A DNA stretch of 52,888 bases from a virus. Lineage: Duplodnaviria; Caudoviricetes. The stretch covers positions 1 to 52,888 of IMG/VR virus record IMGVR_UViG_3300014656_000036. One strand, given 5' to 3'. Below the pieces are notes generated by a model that saw only the letters and a program-made list of their open reading frames with translations, ran no database searches and was not told the DNA's origin. The stretch's first letter is position 1; every line of letters starts with the position of its first letter. Shown here piece after piece: positions 26,307 through 36,820 of the stretch. Position numbers and translations under genes: made by a program.

Positions 26307-26356
26307 AGCGGGTGGATTCGTAGCACAAGGTTAAAGTCAATCCACCCGCTTCTTTT
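26307..26356 (+). terminator. intrinsic terminator of the plus-strand island
   Basis: AGCGGGTGGATT/AATCCACCCGCT stem followed by TCTTTT. Confidence 0.75.
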
Positions 26357-26394
26357 ATGCCTGTCTTCCGGGGTGTTATTATACCCACTCCTAA

Positions 26395-26413
26395 TCGTTC
26401 ATCGCTTATACGA
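26395..26413 (-). repeat. 19-bp motif copy 4 (inverted)
   Basis: Reverse complement is TCGTATAAGCGATGAACGA, identical to copy 5. Confidence 0.85.
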
Positions 26414-26420
26414 TGCCCTG

Positions 26421-29138
26421 TTAAGCTCTCGGAACGGTAATATCATAGCTTTGCCAGCTATCCAGCCCGCTGCGAACAGAATACAGCACAAATCGCAACT
26501 GTGTATTCAGCGGGTCACTCGGCCCAAGTCCACAATCAGCACGTTCAAAAGCTTCAGTATATTCGTATGATGTGCCGGTTAAACCAGTCACTGTTCGTCG
26601 AAGGACATTGTCTTCATCATAAATCTTAATCGTATAAGTAGTGCTCGTCTCAGGCCCAACATCACTTGCTGAATGCTCTGTAATAGAATTGACTTGCTGC
26701 GTTCTATCGCGATGAGACCACGATAAAGTCGGCTGACCTGTAAAACTTGCAGGATAACTGACAGCATTAACTTTGAAATTTCCTGGAGGATAAGCCCTCG
26801 CCTGTCTGCTATTAAACGCGGAAGCAATATCCGTGGGAGCATCAGCTTCTTCCATTTCTCCCTTACCAGTGCGACTGAGAACCTTTGCAGCCGGTAAAGC
26901 ACCAGAAGCATATTCAGTGACTGCAATAACCTTGCTCGCTTCGAGGAACATAATCCTTGCACCGGCGGAATGAGCAGCGGGAACAGAATCGAGAACACCG
27001 CGAGCGATTGTCACTTGCTCATTGGCAGTATCTACATCCTTGACTTTAACAAATTCGCTGTCTATTAAAGCATACCCTCCAATGATAACAGTATCAAGAT
27101 TATCTGTATCATTTAACTGCACTACCGCATCAACAGCATTTAGAGGAAGAGAAGCAGTTAAAAATCCTGTGCCAGTCCAGGCAGCATATCCCTCAGAATA
27201 AAAATCCAATCCTACTGCATCTCTAACCAATAATTCATAATTGAGAGCATCACTGCTTGAGCGAACAGCCCCGACCATAAGATAACCCGCTCCTGACACA
27301 AGTGATAACGCATTAGCCAATCCCATATTCTTGGCAAGAGTATAGAACGGCGTTTCCATAAGTTTTCTATAAGGACTGGCGATGGGAGCAGAAATCGGGT
27401 CAACCCATCCTGATGCTGGAGGAGAAACGTATATTGCAGTTTCTGTTGACCACGTATCTTCCATACATTCAAAGATGACTTCTCCATTCTGCAAAGAACC
27501 ATAATTAACTTTGAGAACCCTGATAATCATTTCAATTATACCGAGCATCGGCCACGTTAATTTGAAAACATCACAGGGTCTAATCGTAGCCATTGTCCTT
27601 TTAGCAGTTATTTTCATCGTTGCAGATAGAGCTGAAAATTGCCTTCCTATTCTCGAAGCTTCTTTTGCAGCAAGGTCTTTATTATAAATAAATGGTCTGC
27701 TTATTTCTTCAATTATAGCTTTTCCACCTTGTGCATCCATCAAAGCTATATCGTGGTCAGGCATCACGGCTGTTTTATTATCTTTAAGATTCCAATAATT
27801 GATATTAACACAATCAGGAATCAAGCCCAAAGAAGGTCGAACAAAGTTATCTACTGAAATAATATCGCTTGTGCTGTAAATTGTTAGCGAAGCAGGAGTA
27901 TAGTCATCGCGAATAAGTTTAAGAACAAACTGGCCGGTTCGCAAATCTTGAAATAAGAGGGCATTGATGTGAACTAAAATTTCCTGGATAAAATCTATAA
28001 GCTCTTTTTGTCCATCCCATATTGCAGATAACCCAAAATTCTCAGAGTATAATTTATCTGCAACGGCTTGCCACAAAGTATCATCACATAGACCAGTGGA
28101 GAATCCCATCCCCCATCGTGAATTAGTTAAGCATTCTCTAATTATATGAGCAGGATTTATATCTAAGGTATTGATAACAGCTTTAGCAATATACCATTGA
28201 GGAGAACCATCATCTAATATGTTTGTTCTCTTGCAGATAAAACTCCACGGCTGAACATACGGCTGAGTGCCAATATAAACTTGCTTAAGAATAACGCTCA
28301 CGAGTCCTCGTGACGCAGATAAATAAGAATCTTGACGTATAGTGGTAACAGCATTATCTGCTCCTTGCTCCACTAATCCCGGCGTTATTGTAACAACTAA
28401 CACTCCGCTTCCATTTGCGGTAGCATCAGCGGTTATTGTGTAGCGTTGAATATTTCCTGCAACTATAAGAGTGTCATCAGCGTGAAAAACTTTATTGGGA
28501 GTAACACCATCTATCGTTAAGGATGTAGAAGTTATAACGTGAACACCCTGCAAAGCTCCTTCAAAGGTAGCTGCTAATTGCTCTCTGAGATATTCATTAG
28601 GCGTCTGTGACAAAGTGCCATATTGAAAATCAACAATGCCGGTGACGCCTCCACCAGAACTTTCACCGCCGAATAACTTTGGCACATCCAATGTAGCAGA
28701 TGATGCTCCATCGGCAGCGAACTCTTCAGGGTCATCAGGATTAGGCCAAACAAGATTATCACCAACAAAAATCTGCTTAACGCCATCTATCAATCCGTGG
28801 CACAATTCAAGTAGCATTCCAACGTAGTATTTGTATCCTATCGTAGCATAAGTATCTCCGTGAAACCATCCTCCATCAGAGACCTTCTTCTTTATTTCTA
28901 CAGATTTTACATCTCCCCACCACGCTATTGTCGCATCGTCAATTCGTTTAGGCGTTCCAAATATAACAGGATAGACCCGGCCTTCCTCAGAATTTGTTAT
29001 ATCCATCTTACCAGCTTTAAGGTCGTCAACGTGAGGTTTCTTCATCAACAACTGACCGATAGTATATGAAATGGCCATCGTGATGCAAAACCATATTATA
29101 GCAGATATAGGGTCAACTTGAGCAAGAATAACATTCAT
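26421..29138 (-). CDS. tail tip / host-specificity (central fibre) protein
   Basis: YPVIFGT, GYKYYVGM..ELCHG, INPAHIIRECLTNSRWGMG, FVLKLIRDDY, ARGVLDSVPAAHSAG, LSWSHRDR. Confidence 0.85.
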   Translation of the reverse strand: MNVILAQVDPISAIIWFCITMAISYTIGQLLMKKPHVDDLKAGKMDITNSEEGRVYPVIFGTPKRIDDATIAWWGDVKSVEIKKKVSDGGWFHGDTYATIGYKYYVGMLLELCHGLIDGVKQIFVGDNLVWPNPDDPEEFAADGASSATLDVPKLFGGESSGGGVTGIVDFQYGTLSQTPNEYLREQLAATFEGALQGVHVITSTSLTIDGVTPNKVFHADDTLIVAGNIQRYTITADATANGSGVLVVTITPGLVEQGADNAVTTIRQDSYLSASRGLVSVILKQVYIGTQPYVQPWSFICKRTNILDDGSPQWYIAKAVINTLDINPAHIIRECLTNSRWGMGFSTGLCDDTLWQAVADKLYSENFGLSAIWDGQKELIDFIQEILVHINALLFQDLRTGQFVLKLIRDDYTPASLTIYSTSDIISVDNFVRPSLGLIPDCVNINYWNLKDNKTAVMPDHDIALMDAQGGKAIIEEISRPFIYNKDLAAKEASRIGRQFSALSATMKITAKRTMATIRPCDVFKLTWPMLGIIEMIIRVLKVNYGSLQNGEVIFECMEDTWSTETAIYVSPPASGWVDPISAPIASPYRKLMETPFYTLAKNMGLANALSLVSGAGYLMVGAVRSSSDALNYELLVRDAVGLDFYSEGYAAWTGTGFLTASLPLNAVDAVVQLNDTDNLDTVIIGGYALIDSEFVKVKDVDTANEQVTIARGVLDSVPAAHSAGARIMFLEASKVIAVTEYASGALPAAKVLSRTGKGEMEEADAPTDIASAFNSRQARAYPPGNFKVNAVSYPASFTGQPTLSWSHRDRTQQVNSITEHSASDVGPETSTTYTIKIYDEDNVLRRTVTGLTGTSYEYTEAFERADCGLGPSDPLNTQLRFVLYSVRSGLDSWQSYDITVPRA

Positions 29139-29141
29139 AAA

Positions 29142-29984
29142 TTATCCCACAATAAAAGAAGGAGAAGAAGGAGCATAAGGTTGATTCTCAAAATTCATTA
29201 TTCCTGCCGCTGGATTCTTAGATGGTAAGAATCTATGGTCACCAGAATTAAACGAATTATGAAATTTTTCCCAACAAGTATTGAACGAATGGTCGCATCC
29301 CGCATAAGCAGTAAAACTATTTCCAATCTCAGCACTAATAACCGGCCGGGATATTGTTATAGTATCACCGACGTGACTCTTTATCAATCTACGAGCCTCA
29401 CCAATTTTTATCTGTCCAGCTATAAACCATCCATCTGCTTTTGTTGCAAAGACAGCCGCCTTAAGAGTTTTACCAATAACTGAAGAAAGAGTGCCGGTAA
29501 TTTTATATGATTCCTTATTCACTCTGCAACCTGAATCATATAAAGCATTATCACAGAGAATCTGAGTTCTACGCCGTTTACTCACACTCGCCAGCGACGC
29601 AGTGTTAAGAGTAGCTTTAATTGTAGGTATAGCATTAGCATCAAAGTTTATTGATTGAACAAGACCAGACCAGTAAAGAACATAATCTGTTCCCTGATAG
29701 CGATAAATAGTAACACCAATCTTATTTTCTGGGACGCCGATTATATACTGAATAGCGAAAGCATTATTTCGGCCAAGTGTTATTTCCATTAAATTTTTGA
29801 ATTGATTCTCAGTTATCTCAATAGCTTTGCGAGTTATTATATCTGGCTCATACTCTTGCTCCAAGTGAAACTGTGTTTCGCTATTAGAAGTGTATCGCCA
29901 ATGCTCTCCACTATCAGAGAAAAAGTCATACAATTCAACCGGCTGACTTGCCGCAGCACTACCTTCTTGGGAATCAAATGTCAT
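29142..29984 (-). CDS. tail hub protein, DUF2163/BR0599-like
   Basis: PVELYDF...WRYTS, CDNALYDSGC, AYAGCDHSFNTCWEKFHN. Confidence 0.8.
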   Translation of the reverse strand: MTFDSQEGSAAASQPVELYDFFSDSGEHWRYTSNSETQFHLEQEYEPDIITRKAIEITENQFKNLMEITLGRNNAFAIQYIIGVPENKIGVTIYRYQGTDYVLYWSGLVQSINFDANAIPTIKATLNTASLASVSKRRRTQILCDNALYDSGCRVNKESYKITGTLSSVIGKTLKAAVFATKADGWFIAGQIKIGEARRLIKSHVGDTITISRPVISAEIGNSFTAYAGCDHSFNTCWEKFHNSFNSGDHRFLPSKNPAAGIMNFENQPYAPSSPSFIVG

Positions 29985-31669
29985 TCTTTTACCGCCGTCA
30001 AATTTAAGAAGGATTCATTTTGTCCTGCCATAGGCCACGAAAGCTCTACACTATCTGAAGCTAACCGACACTTATCGAGGAAAGATATTATGCAGCTTCC
30101 CGGAGCAACTTCTACACCAAGACCAGAATCTATAGATATAATTTCTTCAGTTTCTGATGAATAAGTTATTCCCAGTATTTCTTTGCAGATAATTGTTCCG
30201 CTGGGAAAAATAAACGCCAGATGAGTCCTAACAGAATTAAGGCCCATATTCTTAGCTAAACTGATATTCGAAATATTGAAACTGGTATCTGAAGGGGAAA
30301 TTGTTTCAAGCAAATTCAAATCTGGTTTGAATGTTGGAACCCAAAAACATTTCTGCTGACCATATAAGGAATGTAAAAATTTCCTAAACGTCCAGCACTC
30401 CGCTTTAGTATCGTTAAGAAATAGGTAAGACAAACTTCTTTTATTATGAGATTTATCCATCAACAAATCAAAGTCACCTACGCCAAAATTAGATTCATAG
30501 AATTGTGCATCTGATGACTTATCCTGTGTCATATCCACTGGCGTCGCAGAAATTAAAACTGGCAAAGATTTATATGCTAAAGTGGGAGTATAACCTGCAA
30601 GAAGGAGATTATCAATAACTGCAAACGAAGAATTAAAAACTGCAAGGCCGGTAGAATAATTGCTTGCCTGAACAATGGAATTCATCTTAGCTAATCTGAT
30701 TGGAATGATTAGCTTTGTGCCAGTGTAATTGTTAATCACTGGTGAATTAAGAACTAATTGGGACGTAGTTAAAGAAGCTATTTCAACAACTTCAGATTCT
30801 ATAAGCGACTTCCAAATCACTGCTAAAGAATTTGCCCTAAAATCTGCATTCGTAGTATCAATATCTATAGTCAACGCTCCAGCAGTGATATTCGCAGTAT
30901 GAACAACCATCTCAGTCCATACTGGTAATCCCCATATTCTCCGCTGAGCATTGAAAATAAGTGCATCGAATCGAGATTGTGCTTGTTCATCCTCAACCAT
31001 TATAGAGAAATTAAATTGTTGACGGGGTGTTCTTCTAAGGGAAATTCTTTGCTCTGCACTTATTCCCACGCTCGGTTCAAGAATATCAGTAAGCCACCCA
31101 AGCGATTCATTAACGGATTCTTGAGGCCTAAATATAAACAAAGTCACTCTTGTGCCAGTTATTATAACATCAATAATATCATCGACACCGAAGTCAAAAC
31201 TATAAACAGCATCAAGAAGAGGATTGCCTTCAAGAGGAATTTCTATTGTATAATCAGAATGAGCCAAGCCATCAAGAACAAACGGAGCCGTCAATCCAAT
31301 AAGAGTAAGTCCTGATACACCTACTTCATTGATAGCTGAACAAGTTTTAGATACAAAATAAGAATTCCAAACAATGAAATCACGTTCTAAGTTTGTGAGA
31401 ATAGGACCAAGTTCAAAAATCACCGGCACAATATGAATTCTATAATAATAGTCATCAAGAAAAGTTATCCCCAGATATCCAATGTGATCTGCTTCGGGCA
31501 TTGATACTGGCAAATTAGAAGTTTTAGCTCCTTGCAGAGAAGCACTGGAATCATAAATATCTAACACACTAATATCTGAAGGAACTCCGTTCCATATAGA
31601 GGAGGAAAGGAATTCCTGTGTTGATAGAACAAGAACAGATTCAGCAGTATAGCCAGTATAAGAAGCCAT
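29981..31669 (-). CDS. minor tail structural protein
   Basis: ESLGWLTDIL...EQRISLRRTPRQ, GQQKCFWVPT, CRLASDSVELSW; position after tape measure. Confidence 0.75.
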   Translation of the reverse strand: MASYTGYTAESVLVLSTQEFLSSSIWNGVPSDISVLDIYDSSASLQGAKTSNLPVSMPEADHIGYLGITFLDDYYYRIHIVPVIFELGPILTNLERDFIVWNSYFVSKTCSAINEVGVSGLTLIGLTAPFVLDGLAHSDYTIEIPLEGNPLLDAVYSFDFGVDDIIDVIITGTRVTLFIFRPQESVNESLGWLTDILEPSVGISAEQRISLRRTPRQQFNFSIMVEDEQAQSRFDALIFNAQRRIWGLPVWTEMVVHTANITAGALTIDIDTTNADFRANSLAVIWKSLIESEVVEIASLTTSQLVLNSPVINNYTGTKLIIPIRLAKMNSIVQASNYSTGLAVFNSSFAVIDNLLLAGYTPTLAYKSLPVLISATPVDMTQDKSSDAQFYESNFGVGDFDLLMDKSHNKRSLSYLFLNDTKAECWTFRKFLHSLYGQQKCFWVPTFKPDLNLLETISPSDTSFNISNISLAKNMGLNSVRTHLAFIFPSGTIICKEILGITYSSETEEIISIDSGLGVEVAPGSCIISFLDKCRLASDSVELSWPMAGQNESFLNLTAVKE

Positions 31670-32745
31670 TAAGTCACTTTCTTAACTGCAAAACCGATAG
31701 TCGGGTCAGCATCAGATTTACTATGCTCAGGAAAGATTTTCCAAGTATCACTGCCAAAAGTTAGTTCATCTCCTGAATTATAATTTGTTATATTAACAAG
31801 TCGGATACTTTTCGGCCATCCGAGTAAAGACAAATTAGCACTTGCTCTTTTCAAGAATACAAAACAAGTAGCAAGTGGAGCAAGACCATTAAACCAATTA
31901 GGAGTTCTGGTATAAAATAATCCGTTAAAGGAAACATTACTTGAAGAAGTGGCTTTAGCACTTATTGATTGATTAGCAAGCAATCCCTGAAGAAGAATTG
32001 TTTTTGCATAGTTTCCAGTTGAAGTATTGCCCTGAAGACCGCTCCATCTCCATCCCGATAAACTATCCACATCAATATAAACAGCTCCATTACCCTGATA
32101 TCCAATATCAAAAGCTATCGTCATAAACATTGTCATTGTTGTTCCAGCGGATAATATCTGATAAGTAGGGTCGTAGCTACTAAGAGAGCCAGTGAAAAAT
32201 TGTCCTCCAGTATAAACCCCCTGCTTTTCTAAACATCCAAAAGCAAACCATTGAAATTTTCCAGCAGTGTATTCCACTACTACTATCACAGTATCCCCAT
32301 CTTGGAAGAAATAATAAGCTGGAATAGCAGTAGTAGAAAGTTCAGTCATACAAACTCCGCAGCTTAAAGAAGAACCATTAAGAGTTCCTCCCGGCTGTAA
32401 ATCCCAAGCTAATCCTGTATCGTATCCTGTAGAACCATAGATACAGAGACCAGTCACTTCGGCACGGAATTTTCCGCTATACAAAGTAGCCGTCGTATCT
32501 CGATTGCCAAAAGGAATTCCACGAATAGTAGAACGAAGATTAAAATACATTACAGTCGCATCAGTAGCAGTCTTTTGAACGTGGAGTCGTTTTCCGTCGC
32601 CATCAAGTCCGGCTCCAGAAGGAGTAGGATATTTTGTATCATCATCTTCCCACTTATTAACTGTCCATCCATTATCAATAAGAAATAGACGAAGTTTATC
32701 CAGCAGGTCTGCCGGACCAGTCGAAGTTCCAGTTTGATAAGCCAT
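31669..32745 (-). CDS. virion structural (distal tail) protein
   Basis: MAYQTGT...DLLDKLRLFL..NGW; distant paralog of the upstream gene. Confidence 0.7.
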   Translation of the reverse strand: MAYQTGTSTGPADLLDKLRLFLIDNGWTVNKWEDDDTKYPTPSGAGLDGDGKRLHVQKTATDATVMYFNLRSTIRGIPFGNRDTTATLYSGKFRAEVTGLCIYGSTGYDTGLAWDLQPGGTLNGSSLSCGVCMTELSTTAIPAYYFFQDGDTVIVVVEYTAGKFQWFAFGCLEKQGVYTGGQFFTGSLSSYDPTYQILSAGTTMTMFMTIAFDIGYQGNGAVYIDVDSLSGWRWSGLQGNTSTGNYAKTILLQGLLANQSISAKATSSSNVSFNGLFYTRTPNWFNGLAPLATCFVFLKRASANLSLLGWPKSIRLVNITNYNSGDELTFGSDTWKIFPEHSKSDADPTIGFAVKKVT

Positions 32746-32751
32746 AGAATA

Positions 32752-34242
32752 TTACTCCAAAAGCAAAGCCCAATAAGCCCAAGAAACAGACCTAAAAGCA
32801 TTTTTGAAAATTTTATACGTTTTCCCAGAAACAGTGACGTCATCTTCTGTTGCTAATCCGAACCCTGGAACGGCGAAACATCCTTGCAGTTCTCCGAAAG
32901 CATTCTTTACAGGAGAACCTTGAAAAGGAATAATAGGAAATACGGGATACGAGCCATCAATATTCTGCTGTGTCTTCTTCCATTTATCATTAGGGTAATA
33001 AGAAGAACTATAATCATAATCTGTATTTACGAATGGCCAAGTATTGTTAAGAGAATTTATAGGATTAGCTTCTGAAGACCATTGACCAAAATTTAACCAC
33101 GTTGTTCCGTTCAAAATAGCAAGCGTTCCTTCTCCAGAACTATAACCTCCCGGGTCAACGAACACACGATGCTGAGTAATTTGTGAACTATAACGTAAAT
33201 CTACGCCTGTTTGATTCTGTGGACAAGTTCCTCCAATAACTAATGGATATGAGAATTGATTCGGCAATCCATACGGTAATAAGAAGCCCATATAACAGGA
33301 TTCATAAACTGTTTCTACTTTTGCTGCGACTATAAATCTACGACCGTTCGCAACAAACCAATATGGAATTGAAGAATTCCATAATAGCATTTGAGGTCTC
33401 CGACAAGTCGTATCATTGGGAATGTATCCCGGCTGTCCATTATTCCAAGCACCTATTGAACTATAACCTGTGAAACCATTTAAGTCCCAATTATAGTATT
33501 CCGAAGTTCCGCTAAAATAAGTGCGAATACCTACATAGATTTTATCACTGCCTGCTTCGGGACCAAAAACAATCCACTCATATCCATTGCTTCCATCCCA
33601 ATTAGCATTCCATCGTTTCGTTGTCCAATGTTCTATACCCATCACTTTAGTAACTGTAAAAGTAAAACTGTCCCCAATAATAAAATCAATAGCTCCATCG
33701 TTGATAGTGAAAGCTACAATACTATTATCATAAGCTGTTCCCACCGTAGCATCTGTCTGTGCTCCAGATACGGAACCTACTACTGAGAATGTTCCAGTCG
33801 CTCCTCCTGCTGTGCAAGTTAATGTCCACGTCTCTGAGACTGCTGCATCATCCGCTGCACTCCCTCTTAAGAAGATAGACGGTCCAGCTACTTCAGTGAC
33901 AAGAGTTCCACCAGAAACAACTATCTTACTTGCAGTAACAGAGGCTATTTTGAAATAACTATTGTTAGCATCATTGATAAATCCAGAAACTTTTATCCAT
34001 TGTCCTGCAATAAAGCTTCCAAATCCACTTGCTGAATCGTTGAAAGAATTATCAGCATTAGCCGCACTGACCGTCGCTATTGGACCGACGGAAACGATAG
34101 CAACTCCAGTCACTGTTCCATCGCCAGTATTGCCTCCTCCGGGAACAACCGAACCCAAACTATTCGGTGTCATTATGAAATCTCGGAGTTTAATTAAGAG
34201 GTCTTTATAATCCGTAGCTGTCCCAATTTGAACGGCCATCAC
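32752..34242 (-). CDS. virion structural (distal tail) protein with inserted beta modules
   Basis: GTATDYKDLL..LRDF, IPYWFVANGRRFIVAAKV, YPLVIGG, GELQGCFAVPG. Confidence 0.75.
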   Translation of the reverse strand: MMAVQIGTATDYKDLLIKLRDFIMTPNSLGSVVPGGGNTGDGTVTGVAIVSVGPIATVSAANADNSFNDSASGFGSFIAGQWIKVSGFINDANNSYFKIASVTASKIVVSGGTLVTEVAGPSIFLRGSAADDAAVSETWTLTCTAGGATGTFSVVGSVSGAQTDATVGTAYDNSIVAFTINDGAIDFIIGDSFTFTVTKVMGIEHWTTKRWNANWDGSNGYEWIVFGPEAGSDKIYVGIRTYFSGTSEYYNWDLNGFTGYSSIGAWNNGQPGYIPNDTTCRRPQMLLWNSSIPYWFVANGRRFIVAAKVETVYESCYMGFLLPYGLPNQFSYPLVIGGTCPQNQTGVDLRYSSQITQHRVFVDPGGYSSGEGTLAILNGTTWLNFGQWSSEANPINSLNNTWPFVNTDYDYSSSYYPNDKWKKTQQNIDGSYPVFPIIPFQGSPVKNAFGELQGCFAVPGFGLATEDDVTVSGKTYKIFKNAFRSVSWAYWALLLE

Positions 34243-36494
34243 ATTACTCCTAAATTTCTCAAATGAGTTACTATTACTTTCTCACCTTTTGAACCAGCCA
34301 TAGCATTAGGAATTTCATTATCATCTCTAACTATTATATTCCTAACCTTCAAATCAACTTTTTGTTGCTGAGCTGGTTTATTTTTCTCAGATGCTACTTC
34401 TGCTTTACTTTGCCATCTTTCACCCTTCTGCACTATTGCAGGAACCTCATCAGGTTGAAGTCCTCCGTGAAGACGTGGAGCTAATGAAAAAACATTCATA
34501 GGAACTCTTCGTCTAAATACAGAGCTAACTCCTGCAATACCACCAGAATGGAATGTTCCAAAATCTATTGGCGGTAAATCTGTAAACACGGGAACTGCTG
34601 AACCTCCTCCTACATATCCACTTCCTAAACTCGGCCCTCCCACAGAAGGAGCAAACCAACTTTGCATCCAACTTGAAATTCCCGCTCCTATATTACCTGC
34701 GAATTGACCAAAATTAAATCCTCCACCAGCACTTGCTCCACCACCACCGCCTCCTCCACCTCCTAAAGGATTCTGAACGCCCATAGAACCAGGATTCATT
34801 CCTAACATCATAAGAGCTTGATACATAGCAATTTCTGCGGCTATGTTAGCAAACATCCGCTGAACAGCTTTGCCAAAACTATAAAGAACATCTTCGCCAT
34901 TCTCAAACGTCATAAAGAAATCTGAAAGAGCTCCTTTGGTTTCATCTACAACACCACGAAGCTGTTGCCACGTGAAGGAAGTATCCTGCTTAATTTTTTC
35001 AAGCTGATTAGCATACCATTTATCAAGCAGGTCTTTGTCTTGAATAAATTTTGCATAATCCTCATACTGTTGGCGAAGCAAAGCTTTTTGAGCTTCAATA
35101 TAATCATCACCATAATTTTGCATTGACTCATACATCTCAGCGGTGATTTGAGCACGTTGATAAATGACTTCTTTCTGCTCTTGACCAAGCTGCTTTTCAA
35201 ATTGCATCCTCTGATTATTATACCACGTATCTACAAGCGACTGGTCTTTTGTCTTTGCAAGATATTCCTTTTTCTGTATCTCAAGATTAGCCAAAAATGC
35301 AGCACGATACTGGTCATCATATTGTTTTATCGAAGAATAATATTCCAGCCCAGAAGCTTTCATACCTCCATACATATCTGAATAAAGCTTCAACGTAGCT
35401 TCTGACTGTGCTTTAATCTCTTCAGCAGAAGGTCCCGGAGGAGTTTCTACGCCAGCAGTCACAGCAGTTCCAGCTTTTCTGCTGAGCATCATAGCTTTCA
35501 TTCGTTGATTTTGCTCTAATGCTTTTCGCTCTATTTCTTGAGCAGCATTCAATTGAGCTCTGGTCTCATCAGCAGTAACCATAGAACCAGATAACGTCGG
35601 CCCAAGATTTCCAAACGTGCTACCCGCGTTTGTCCACCAGTGAGCACCCGCAGAAGCCAGATTAGCGATATTCGTTTTCGCTGTTTGTATGCTAACCGGA
35701 ATTTCGTCAAGTTTCCATTTTAGGTCTTCAAGAAAAGCTATCACAGGAGATTTTGCCTGCTTAATCCCCGGTAGCATTAGTTTCCCAAACTCTTCAGCTA
35801 CTTCTGAAAGCTCGTTTTTAATTTGCTTCCAAGAACCAGAAGCAGAACTTGCCTGCTCAGTAGCAAGACGAAAAGCATCCGTTCCCATTCTAAGAAGCTT
35901 ATTATACTTTTCCTGAGCAGTAGTGCAATCATCTAAATTGATTGCAGTTCCTCTAAGAATAACTGGCAGACCCTGCGAAGCTCTGCTTATAGAAAGAATA
36001 GCAGTTTCAAGGTCTATATTATATTTTGTCGAGAGGCCTATTGCTGCAAGAGTGACATTCTTAAGCTCATTAGTAGTTATGCCAAGATTTTTAGCATACG
36101 CCATATCTGCAAGGATGAGAGCGTCATCATAAGTAGTTAGTCGCTGAACTTCTTTAGAAAAATCTTTCAAATTAGCAAGAGCAGCAGTCCTCGCTGACCC
36201 GGTCAAGTTAATTGCCGCAGCAAGTTTATATTCGGCTTCTTCTTGTTGAAATGTCACACGAGAAATTTCTCGGATAGAAAAATAAGCCGCAGCATAGGCC
36301 AGAAGCTTTTTAGAAACAGCATCAAATGAACTACCTACTCTATCTGTAGATTTCGTAACTCCTTCGTTCGCTTTAGCTGCTTCTGTTGCCGCTGTCTTAA
36401 CTTGATTCGCAGAAACAGAGAACTGAAGAGCTCCATCTTTAGCTCTTGAAGCATCAATAGCTAAAATTAGATGTGCTGATTCTTGTTCGCCCAT
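34239..36494 (-). CDS. tape measure protein
   Basis: Long Ala/Gln-rich helical ORF after the chaperones; C-terminal FHSGG...APRLHGG..PDEVPAIVQKGE. Confidence 0.88.
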   Translation of the reverse strand: MGEQESAHLILAIDASRAKDGALQFSVSANQVKTAATEAAKANEGVTKSTDRVGSSFDAVSKKLLAYAAAYFSIREISRVTFQQEEAEYKLAAAINLTGSARTAALANLKDFSKEVQRLTTYDDALILADMAYAKNLGITTNELKNVTLAAIGLSTKYNIDLETAILSISRASQGLPVILRGTAINLDDCTTAQEKYNKLLRMGTDAFRLATEQASSASGSWKQIKNELSEVAEEFGKLMLPGIKQAKSPVIAFLEDLKWKLDEIPVSIQTAKTNIANLASAGAHWWTNAGSTFGNLGPTLSGSMVTADETRAQLNAAQEIERKALEQNQRMKAMMLSRKAGTAVTAGVETPPGPSAEEIKAQSEATLKLYSDMYGGMKASGLEYYSSIKQYDDQYRAAFLANLEIQKKEYLAKTKDQSLVDTWYNNQRMQFEKQLGQEQKEVIYQRAQITAEMYESMQNYGDDYIEAQKALLRQQYEDYAKFIQDKDLLDKWYANQLEKIKQDTSFTWQQLRGVVDETKGALSDFFMTFENGEDVLYSFGKAVQRMFANIAAEIAMYQALMMLGMNPGSMGVQNPLGGGGGGGGGASAGGGFNFGQFAGNIGAGISSWMQSWFAPSVGGPSLGSGYVGGGSAVPVFTDLPPIDFGTFHSGGIAGVSSVFRRRVPMNVFSLAPRLHGGLQPDEVPAIVQKGERWQSKAEVASEKNKPAQQQKVDLKVRNIIVRDDNEIPNAMAGSKGEKVIVTHLRNLGVM

Positions 36495-36820
36495 TCACGC
36501 TTTTCCTTTAGCCAATTCTGCCGAATAAAATCTAAATCTTTTATTATTCTGTAAAATTCTGCTCTTATTTCTTGGTCTACTATACAATGAATATTCAACC
36601 AAGATTCTATTTCACCTATAAGAATAGGATTTTCTTCTAACCCTATTTGCCGACTACTCGACAAATCAATAAACGCCTGCCAGATATCCTGCAAATCCCT
36701 GAAAACTTCTGGCTGATTCTCCAGAGATTTTATTTTTCTGCCGCTTGCTTGAAGCTTTTTAAGGTCTTTTATTTTACTGCCGTTCTCAAGCCACCAGAGC
36801 AAGCAGTCAATTAGTTTTTT
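36467..36820 (-). CDS. tail assembly chaperone, -1 frameshift extension (gpT-like)
   Basis: Frame is open from the slippery site: KKLIDCLLWWLENG...WQAFIDLSSSRQIG. Confidence 0.75.
   Translation of the reverse strand, partial: KKLIDCLLWWLENGSKIKDLKKLQASGRKIKSLENQPEVFRDLQDIWQAFIDLSSSRQIGLEENPILIGEIESWLNIHCIVDQEIRAEFYRIIKDLDFIRQNWLKEKREWANKNQHI

Noticed and set aside
26421-34242. Diversity-generating retroelement acting on tail genes
   Set aside because: No reverse transcriptase and no adenine-variant near-identical repeat pair were seen.
34725-34765. Poly-Gly run in the tape measure protein
   Set aside because: Mixed codons; an ordinary low-complexity linker rather than a DNA repeat.
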